From Octopus vulgaris (lineage: Eukaryota), in contig OX597817.1 of assembly GCA_951406725.2 (NCBI GenBank), positions 91,512,001 to 91,576,000 of the forward strand: a stretch of 64,000 nt of DNA, written 5' to 3'. Of the stretch, positions 53,607 through 64,000 are shown piece by piece. Each line of letters begins with the position of its first letter. Positions within the stretch are counted from its first letter, which is position 1. Below the pieces are notes generated by a model. The model was not told the DNA's origin. It saw only the letters and a program-made list of their open reading frames with translations, and did no database searches. A program made the translations under genes and the position numbers.

Positions 53607-54529
53607 ATATCAATAATAATAATAAAGTTTATTACGAAGTGGCATTAGCATTACCTTTAATTCCTTTTTATTTATACAGCTTTACATAGACCTACACATG
53701 TTTCGACTGCATCAATTAGTAACTGTTGCAATTGCAACCCTACTATAATATTGGTGCAGTTTCTTCAGGGCCTTCACTTTAATATCCTTTGATTTAACTG
53801 TTTAAAGTTTTCCATTTATCAACTCTGCACTGTATTATGTAGAGTTGTTCATTAATTTAGATGCAAACTATCTTTGATTCAAGTTTTCATTGGATAATCA
53901 CGTATAGCCTGTTATTTTAAAATGTTATGTTGTTTAAATGTTTATTACTCATTTATATGGAGCAAAGGTGAATTTTTTTAAGTGCAAGTATCTTAAAGCT
54001 TGTTCCTGTCTAGAATTTATTATATTACCCTTAGATGTAAAAATTTGTTAAAATCCTTCTAAACATAGGTAACATTTATTAGTTCCAGATCTGTATGGTT
54101 TTGCAATACTAATTAATTCCCAATTGATAGTATAATCTTTGTTTCTGTCTTTAATTGACCAGATTAATTTACTTAGACTTACTGGAATCTCTAAATGAAC
54201 TTAATAAACCTTTAAACAACAAGGTGTTTTGAAATAATGGGCTATATGTGATTATCCAATCAAAACTCGTATTGAAGATAGTTGTGTCTAAATTAACAAA
54301 CAGCTCTGCATCATTTAAAGCAGATTTGATAAATGAAAAACTTTAAACAGTTAAATCAAAGGATATTAAAGTGAAGGCCCTGAAGAAACTGCACCAATAT
54401 TATAGTAGGGTTGTAATTGCAACTGTTACTAATTGATGCGGTTGAAACATGTGTAGGTCTATGTATAAATAAAAAGGAATTAAAGGTAATGCTATGCCAC
54501 TTCATAATAATCATTATTATGATTGATAT
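53607..54529 (-). mobile_element. Truncated Penelope element: decayed endonuclease between inverted ~220-bp pLTRs
   Basis: Arms at 53607-53828 and 54320-54529. The spacer reads SLSKLIWSIKDRNKDYTINWELISIAKPYRSGTNKCYLCLE on the - strand. Confidence 0.85.
54376..54459 (+). ncRNA. Hammerhead motif with canonical core (mirror copy at 53689-53772, - strand)
   Basis: GGCC-CTGAAGA-AACTGCACCAAT..ATTGATGCGGTT-GAAAC-ATGT-GTA-GGTC. Confidence 0.8.
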
Positions 54530-54928
54530 TATATGCCCCAGGAAACCTATATGGTTAAGGTAATATATTTAGAATTATCTGATGGAATATATCTCTAAAT
54601 TCTTATTTTATGAGACCTATTATTAGATTTATATATTAACCATTGACTACCTAACTGTGAGCAAACCGGTAAATATTTGGAGAAATCTCTTTAATCTTGC
54701 ATTCAGATACAGTAACATCTATAACTATATTAACAATATAGATTAGCAACAGAGTTAATATTAATACCACGAGGTAATATTTATCCCGACTTAAATGTGG
54801 ATGTCCTATCAGAACAAACTATACTACCATAGTTATAAGAAAAACCCACATATTAGATTTTGGTGCAAAAGGCACACTTGTTTATATTGTTAAAGGGAAA
54901 TAAATCCTCACTATCTCCAGCACCAAGA

Positions 54929-54975
54929 CTACCAGATCATGTGATTTCGACCTTCCTTGATCTTGTCAATATTAG
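54929..54975 (-). ncRNA. Minimal hammerhead motif with U3-A8 core (UUGACAA)
   Basis: CTAATA-TTGACAA-GATC AAGGAA GGTC-GAAATCA-CA-TGATC-TGGTAG. Helix I has one mismatch. Confidence 0.6.
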
Positions 54976-56024
54976 ACACTCGACTGCTAGAGTTCTCAGT
55001 GATTCATCTCCTCACCAGAGATATAGAGAGATTTATAGAATAATGGTGACAAAACAGATGCTGGTGTCACGATTAGTGAGGATAAACATTACCTCTTTAT
55101 ATTATCAACATAACCATTCTTTTTCTTAAGATAGTACAGGACAATTTAAGGGAAATTTAACTATCTTTAGCAGGTTGACTGAGCACTTAAAGAGCTGTTG
55201 TTTTTCGTTTAACTACAGGTCAGTTTTGAAAGAGCAAAGGCGTTCCAAATTTGACCATTACCATCAATATTCAGACAAAATGTAGTTAGGAATACATATT
55301 CTGCTAATCTTTCTCTTTTAAGATACTAATGCACAAATCAAGAAAAATCTGGCTGCTGTTTCTAGCAGGAATGACTTCATAGAGGTGTGTGATATCCGAT
55401 GGTGTGTGCTACACTTTAGATTCATCATACCTAGGTATTCCTCACCAACTATATATCTTTTTTTCATTACAAAGGTTAATAAAAAATTGCAGCTGCAATC
55501 TCAATCGTTATTAACGTCTTATCACTGCTATGTGGTTAGGGGTGACCATATTTCTTATTTGCATTTATGTATTTATAATGAAGTTCTGCTGGATGCTTTG
55601 ATGATATTTACACAGAAAACACACGTACATACACATATAGCTTCTATTTTTCATTTTTCTCAGTCATTAGACTGCAGTCATGCTGGGGCACCACTTTGAA
55701 GAATTTTTAGCTAAATGAATCAACACCACCGCTTATTTTTTTAAAGCCTGGTACTTATTCTATCAGCCTTTTTAGGAGAACCACTAAGCTACAGACACTA
55801 GTTGTTAAACAGTAGTGGGGGACAAACAAACACATACACAAAAACACACACAAACACACACATGATGGGTTTCTCTCAGTTTACATCTACCAAATCCACT
55901 CATAGGGCTTTGATTGACCTGAGGTCATAGTAGAAGACACTTGACTAGGTGCCATACAATAGAAAAGAACCCAGAAGCATTTGATTGGGAAGGAATGTGC
56001 ATTTATATAACTAAATATATATAT

Positions 56025-59000
56025 ATCACCATCATCGTTTAACGTCCACTTTCCACGCTGGCATGGGTTGGATGGTTTGACTGAGGTCTGGAGAGCCAGC
56101 GGCTGCACCAGGCTCCAATCTGATCAGTCAATGTTTTTACAGCTGGACGCCCTTCCTAATGCCAACCATTCCGAGAGTGACATGGTTACCTTTTACATGC
56201 TACCGGCACAGAAGCCAGTCAGGTAGGTCAGGCATCAATCACGTTTGCATAGTACTTTTTATGTGCCACTGACAAAGGGACCAGTCAGGGGATACTGGCA
56301 TTGTCAACGTTCGGATGGTGATTTCTACATGCCACCATCACGGAGACCAGTCAAGCAGTCCTGGCATCGATCACATTCAGATAGTGCTTTTTACATGCCA
56401 ATGGCATGGAAGCCAGTCAGAGGGTACTAACCACAGCTATGATTTTCGTTTTACTTGACTCAATAGGTCTTCTCAAGCATATCATATTGTCCAATGCATC
56501 AGGGGTATTATTAAATGGGCCAGACATGCATGGCTGCAATCTCACTTTAGTTACTGGGTCTTCTCAGTCACAGCATATCTACACAGGTCTCGGTCTGCTG
56601 TCCATTGCCTCTGTGAGGCCCAATGTTCGAAGGTCATGTTTCACCACCTAATCCCATGTCTTTTTGGGTCTACCTCTTCCACAGATTCCTTCCACAGTTA
56701 GGGAGTGGCTCTTCCTCTCACAGCTGTCCTCATCCATACATAATACATGACCATACCAGTGCAGTCATCTCTCTTGCACACCAAATTTGATGCTTCTTAT
56801 GCCCACCTTTTCTTTTAGGGTGCTTACACTCTCTTGTATATCCACACTGACATTACACCTCCAGTGGATCATACTAGCTTCATTTCTTTCAGGCATATGC
56901 ATGTCCTCAGCAGTTATGTCCCATGTTTCACTGCTGTATAGCATGGCAGTTTGCACACATGCATCATACAGTCTACCTTTCATCATGCGCAAGAGGCCCT
57001 TAGTTGCCAGCAGAAATAGGAGCTCTCTGAACTTTGCCCAGGCTATTCTTATTCTAGCCGTGACACTCTAAGAGCAGCCACCCCACTACAGACTTGGTTG
57101 CCTAGGTAGCAGAATTATTAACTACTTCTAGTTTCTCCCCCTGACATGTGATGGAATCTGTTTTCTGTAAATCTTCAGTTTTTATTGCCCCTGTGCATCT
57201 GCCACACACAAAAACTCTCTTCCTGGTTAACCTTCTTTTGATATTGCTGCACCTCTTATGTGTCAATAGCTTACACTGGGTACATTGTATGGAGTTTCTA
57301 TCCATGCCTTTTCTACAGATTGAGCAGGGCCATCTACCTGAAGGTGTCTGTGATTTGACAGCCTTCCTACTTACTAAGATTTTGGTTTTTGCTAGGTTAA
57401 CCATAGGGTCCTTCGATTCTAGACCTTGTTTCTACACTCTAAACTTCATGTCTAGTTCTGGTAGGGACTCAGCTATTAGAGCAAGATCATCAGCATAGAG
57501 GAGCTCTCAGGGGCAGCCTGCCTTGAATTCCTCTGTTATTGCCTGGAGGACTATAATGAATAAGAGAGGGCTGAGGACTGATCTTGGTGAACCTCTTCTT
57601 CTACTCAGAATTCTTCACTATACTCATTGCAAACCCTCACCCTACTGACAGCATCCTTGTACAGCTCTTACCAACCACTCGTCTATCCCCAGTTTCTGCA
57701 TTGGCCACCAGATAAGGGATTGGGGGACCCTGTCAAAGGTTTTCTCCATGTCAACAAAAGCCAAGTACAGAGGTTTATCTTTGGCTAGATATTTCTCCTG
57801 CAGTTGCCTTACCAGAAATATAGCATCAGTGGTGCTTCTCCCTGGCACAACCCCAAACTGCCTCTCATCTAAACTAACTCTCTCCCTAATTAGTTGGGCT
57901 ATTACCCTCTCTGTGACTTTCATTACCTGATCCAATGATTTGATATCTCTGTAATTATTTGTATCTAATGTGTCACCTTTACCTTTGCAGCAGTTGACTA
58001 TGGTGCTGCTGCACCAGTCATTGGGTATGACTCCTTCGTGTATCACTTGGTTAACTATACATGTAACTATAAAATACCCTACACTGCCATATATTTTAAG
58101 CATCTCAGCAGTGAGTCCTGATGGGCCAGGGTTTTTCTCTGTCTTCATACCATTAATTGCTTTATCTACCAAGGTACAGTCAGTTCAACTAACTTGTCTC
58201 TCTGTTGGGTCAACATTTGGCAGACTCTCTTTCTCCCATTCATTCTCTTCAGTTAGCAACCTTTCATAGTGGCATCTCCAACTCTCTCTCTCCTTGCAGC
58301 ATCATTAAATGCAGTTGAGCTATCATCCATGCAGACACATTTCTCTCGTATGACATTGCGATTTTCTTTTACACAGTCTTGCATTTCAAAACACTTCAAG
58401 TTTCTGGTCCTCACAATGCAGAAAATTGGCAAATTTAATTTTTATCTATTCCCCTCTAGGGGAGGAAACCTGTCTCCTAGCTTCCCTTCTGGCGATCTGA
58501 AACAGTTCCTTGCTACCACTTCACTTCCAGTCTTTCCATGCCTGTTTCTTTTCCCTAATGGCCTTGTTAACTACATTGTTCCACCCCCATCTTACCTTAG
58601 AAAGAGAGGGGACTTTGCACCAGCCACAGATCTGATCAGTAAACCTCAACAGGTTATCCTGTAGGAACCTCCAGTTGTCCTCCACATTATTCGTCAAAAG
58701 CTTCAAGCAATATATCTCTAAATCTCTGTCTATTCAGAGAATCCTTAAGCTTCCAAACCCTTCTTTTCCATGCTGGTCGTCTTCTGGACAACCATTTAGC
58801 CCCGATCCTGAAGTCACTAACTACTAACCAATGTTGTGGGGTGCACCACAGAACTCCAGCAGCCTGGAATCAAATCCGTTACCACCATGTAAACCATGGA
58901 TGATCTCTGAATGTTGTCCAACATGCCTGTTGAAGTCATTGAAATCACCAGCCACAAAGAGAAGGCTCCTGTCATTTGTCAACAAGGTAGTCGGCAAGAG

Positions 59001-59600
59001 GTGACATAAAACCGATCTTTCTATCCACCAGGTAACCCTGGCTGAGGGGCTTAGGCCAAGATATGGTTGCTAATCTATGTTGCAGCACTACTCTAAGATT
59101 AAGTATTCTATCACAGACCCTGACTACCTCATTTATGTTATCAATCCATTTCACCATACGGAATATACCCATGCCCCCAACCCCATCCGTATTCCCTACA
59201 TAGAAAATCTGTTCTTTGCCCGTGAGGAACCTAGTAGAACTTCCTCTCCACCTCACTTCTTGGATGAAGCACAAATTTACACATCTCCATTCAAGCATCT
59301 CGACAATCTCACCAGACCTATCTTTCAATGAACCAGTATTAGGTGTGCCTACTCTGAGGGTGTGGAAGGTGTGGGCCGGTGAGACCTGAGATGAGGGAGA
59401 GCAGCATTGTGCATCTGAAAAGAAACCATGCATGTGCATTTGGCAGATCTCGTAAACATACAAAAATGCTTCAACCTGCATACACTTCACCATCATTATA
59501 TTCACTTCATAATCACTCACTACATTCAACTAGATAGGGATGGAGGGGAAAGGGCAGGGGAGGGCACACGACAAACAGCAAAGCACTGTGGCTGCCCTAT
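56025..59600 (-). mobile_element. Near full-length decayed RTE-clade LINE (APE endonuclease, RT, 3' UTR with tandem units and GAT tail)
   Basis: APE: LRVGTPNTGSL..CFIQEVRWRG..GDFN. RT: PGPSGL..KGKGD..NYR..QFG..PGRSTTDAIF..QEKY..AFVDMEKTFDRVP, YADDL. C-terminus: LYSSETW. Many stops and frameshifts. Confidence 0.92.
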
Positions 59601-61808
59601 TCCCTAGCAAAAGCCAATGTGGGATAGCCACAGACAAAGCGAGCTACTAAATAACACTCAACATGGGAAAAGCAAGTGGTTAACAAAACTTAGAGAGAAA
59701 GGGAGAGCGGTGAAATTTTCAGAATTAGGGCTGGTCAGGGAAACAATGGGCCATTTGAATGATGTGATAGCAGATAACAAAGCAAGAAGAGATGGAATTT
59801 TCGAGATTTAGAGCAAGTGTAAACAGAATTGAATAATTAGATTTCTTAACTTCGTTATAACATATTGCTAAATGAATAACAATAATAATTATAAAGAGCA
59901 CCATAGAATGAAACAGAATTGAACAAGCTTTTCATCAATATGCCAACCCTTTTGCACACTACTTTATCAACAAACTGCTGAATTTTTAAAACATTTCTGA
60001 AGCAGTATCAAGGGCTACATATTTTCTTCACCAAATATATCTCTAGTTATGTTTGCGTAATATCATCTATAAATGATATAAATAAGAGATTTTATATTAA
60101 AAACATAGAATGTCTCTCTTTCATTTATTTATTTATATTCATATAGTTTTAGGTATATGAATATAAATATAGGATGATCTAGATAGGCAGATAGAGAGAT
60201 TATAGGGTTACGACAAATGTTTTCATGATTTTGACCCTGTTTTTGCTTGATAGCAAGAATAATTTTAAGAATGGGAAAAGTGTGCAAGGAATTTATGTAA
60301 ATTTAAGCTCAAGTGGCTTTGACCAAATATATTGGATTTTTTCAATATATATATTTGGGGATTAAAATCAAGAACTTAAATTTTCATATAAAATAAATTC
60401 CTGAGTTTGCAAGGGACTACAACCAATAAAGGAATATTTGTCAGCTTTGCTTATCCAAGAGAAAAAATTCATTCTGTCTTGCAATGAATAAAGAAATATA
60501 TCTTGATGCATTTAACGGTTACCCTGCTTTCAATTAGTAGCAAGAAGTATTTTTATAAGGGTAAGTGTATATATGAAACATTCATAACTCTTAAAGTCCA
60601 TTAATGCACATATTTGTACTTTTTGCTCAATCCTAAACCACATTGAGCCACAGTTCAAGTATATTTGTTGTTGGTAAAATCATTTATTAATGATTTTTAT
60701 ATTATTATTTATACATATTAATAATTTAATTAGGATGTTGCTACCTAAGAATCAATATCTTGTAAATATATGTAAAATCACTTATGAGTGTTTTTACAAT
60801 CAACTCGTCTTGGTAAGACATGACAACAGGTAAAAATTTATGGAGATGCTGAGGTAAAATGGAAATGTAAGAAAAGGAATTACAAAAATATATTATTTTA
60901 AAGAATGGTAATTTTGCTAGTTTGAAACAGAAATAATACTTCAAAACGAAGAAAAATTCCTCTTACTCAACAGAAGAATGAAAGTAGGAGCTACATGAAA
61001 ATTCTGGAATGGTGGGGTCAAAATGTGAGTAAATGAAATTTTGAAAAGAATTATTTTTACCAGAATCATCATTTCAGTTGTTTAAAATTCAGGTATTTGT
61101 TATATTTTAAAGATTTTTATCCTGGATTAAGTGCTTTTCATCAAAAATAATCCAGTTTCTAGCAGGATAGGGAGATTACATAGAAAAAGCAGAACTGAAC
61201 TTTCAGAGTTAATTTCATTTTTAACTGGCACAAATCTCAATTTCTTAAAAAATAACATTAAACTGAATGGATAGCATAATGGTTTTAAAGAATTACTCAC
61301 CTTATTTTTTGCACGATAGACACAGCAGCTACAAATAATATGTTTTAAATTTCTAAAACACATAACTGGGAATATTTTCATTTTATTGCACTCTCATATA
61401 CATTGAACTTTGGATATCCATGTCCCCTAACAACATTTATGTGCTGACTATTGTTATTTTGACTAACAAATGAAAATGAAGGACTATTTTCAAATGCTTT
61501 TATGAAAAATCAAGTTGATTATTTATGGCTCTTATAATCATCTGAAAAACAGAAAATTTTAACTATAATTAATGATTGTTGTTCTGTTTTTTTTATTGTG
61601 TACCTTTTTAATCAATTTGTACACACTAGTATGTATTGATAGTTATACAGTTGTATGTGTTAGTATCTATTAATATATATATATGTATGTATGTATGCAC
61701 ACATATATATATGTGTGTGTTTAGATAGACAAATTTGTATCTGTATATACACACACACATAAATACATATAGGCATGCACACACGTGCTTACATATGACA
61801 CACAGACA

Positions 61809-61985
61809 ATTGATGCCCATCTAAAGATAATAAATTTCCTAGATGTCATCCTACAATAAAATAATTTTTTATGTCCCCTATTAAAAAAATAAAGGAAACG
61901 CTGCACTACATCCACAAATCTTCCAATCATTGAAAAAAAACATGGTAAATAGTTTAGTTATGAACATTTCCTTAAGGCTATTCTC
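61809..61985 (+). mobile_element. Penelope RT/thumb remnant
   Basis: IDAHLKIINFLDV...LHYIHKSSNH...NISLRLFS. Confidence 0.65.
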
Positions 61986-64000
61986 ACTGTGTGTGTGTGT
62001 GTGTGTGTGATGTATATGTGCTTAAGTATACACATTCATACAGACACACTCCTACACACAGCAATATACACACCTATGCCTGTACATGTACACACACATG
62101 TGTGTATGTTACACACACATACACATACTCACTCACCAGCACATACAACACACAGCATACACACACACACAGCACACATACACGTACACACACACACGTA
62201 CACCAACAAATATCGTTGCATAAGACAAAAATTAGATGTGAAATTTATTGGCAAAATAATGTTGGTGTGGGGGGAAAAAACTAAATTATTTTCAAGTTGA
62301 CATAATTATTTTTCTCTAATTACATTAATAGAATTAATGAGAGAGAGAAGGGAAAAGAAAGGGAGAGAGACAAACAAAGAGATAGGAGGGAAAGGGAAAA
62401 AATGGGAAGAAGAGAGGGAAAGAGAGACGTGTACACTTAACATGGTAATGTGTTCAATGAGAGGAAGATCTGGTGACATATTTAATTGTTAATTACTTGC
62501 TAATTACATCAATACAGTTAACAAGGGAGAGAGTGAGTGAGAGAGTGGGAGCTAGAGGGTGAGAAAGAGAGTAGTTACCTAATTGATCTCAGCAAAGGAT
62601 AATGAAAGGAAAAGTCTATTAGTCCATTGGACTGTGGTCATACTGGAGCTCTGACTTCATCAACCATAATGATTATTTTATGAATCTCAGATGGATGAAA
62701 GACAAAGAATGCAGAATGTTAAAGGGACACAAACAAATCTCACAATGAATACATTGTTCACCATTCTTCCAAATTAGCAAATGACCTAGTTGGGGGCGGA
62801 AGTATGCAGTGGTGTGTTGTGTCAGTGATGGTTGAGCTGGTTATAATGTTATTGTTGATGGTGAGTCCCAGGTCAGCCTTGATCCACCGGACCTATGATC
62901 AAAGTTGTTTCTCAGTGACAAGTCAGTCTTTTTATTCTGACATAATGCATCTAAGATTACATGATTCGATGTACCCTTCTTCCTGGTTGGGATGCAGTTG
63001 CTGTTATTTTGCTCTAGGATAACTCTGATCCAACAAACCTATTCTCACCTATGATCAGCCTACCTTTAATGCAAACATACAGTGTCTGGTTCTAAACTGC
63101 CATTCTTGCTTGTTTAAGATGTTACGTTATGGCATGAAAGAGATTTAGCTGCTGTGTTTAGCAGGTTAAGTAACCATGGTAGAGATTCTAACATAGGCTC
63201 CTGATCAAGCCAGCCTATGTTATGTAAGTAATTGACTAAGTCTAAATTGACCATTGATCTCATGAGGAAGACAGCAGGCTGGCAGAATTGTAAGCACACA
63301 AGGCAAAATGGTTAGTGGCATTTTGTCAGTCTTTCCATTCTGAATTCTAATTCTGCCAAGGTTGACTATGCCTTTCATCCTTTCAGGGTCAATAAAATAT
63401 TTGGGTGATGTAACTGACTTACCCCTTCCCTAAAATTGCTGGCTTAGTGCCAAAGTTTGAAACCATTTCTCCCATGTGAGACCTAGAAAATACCTTTCCT
63501 TGAAGCAGGCCAGACCAAGGTTTTTTATGGATGACAAATAGGTGCCCATGCATGAACGTCTCCTCTCTCCTGCAGTTTATTGCCACCAGGATGCAAACTG
63601 TCAAAAGGGATATCATAAAGAATCCTACATAATACTAATAATTCTGTCAATTTTCTGTCTGGACTGGTACTTCATTTGTTTATTACAAAAAGATAAAAGG
63701 CAAAGTTGATGTTGACAAGATCTGAATTCAAAGAATCAGAAAAAAATACAGCAAAGCTTTCTATTAAATGTTCAAACAACTCTGCCAAATTACTAGTTTA
63801 AAGTGAGTTGAATGACAAAGTGCTCTTTACAGATGTCAAGCTATAAGCATACAATATCTCTGTAGAGTTGACAACACTTTAGGTTGTCAGCTGTATGGCA
63901 TCTTAGTTACATGAATAAGGGTTATAACCTTGACATCTTGTTGGTTGGAGGTGATACAGAAAAGGGTGGCATCACCTCCTAAAGGATTTTGTTCACACAG

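Noticed and set aside
61301-61352. Minus-strand micro-exon as the upstream kinesin exon
   Set aside because: The splice signals are plausible, but no frame gives kinesin-like sequence.

Overview
AT-rich, microsatellite-saturated eukaryotic DNA. The SINE repertoire points to an octopus/coleoid cephalopod, which is an inference. The only host coding sequence I can support is one 197-bp minus-strand exon (3032-3228) of a KIF25-like kinesin motor domain, so most of the window is probably one very large intron. The rest is decayed mobile DNA: RTE, CR1 and R4/Dong LINEs, Tc1/mariner-type (DD34E, DD37D, rosa-like, Tigger) remnants, TTAA-flanked piggyBac-type MITEs, three SINE families and many Penelope-like elements (PLEs). 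The main observation is 17 hand-folded minimal type-I hammerhead ribozyme (HHR) motifs in about 12 sequence families. Many lie in (TA)n-embedded PLE termini or in long fold-back (inverted-repeat) elements. Their catalytic cores include apparent compensatory swaps of the C3-G8 pair (G3-C8 and U3-A8) and several other variants. All folds were read by eye and none has been tested for activity. Most ORF-track entries are microsatellite artefacts.
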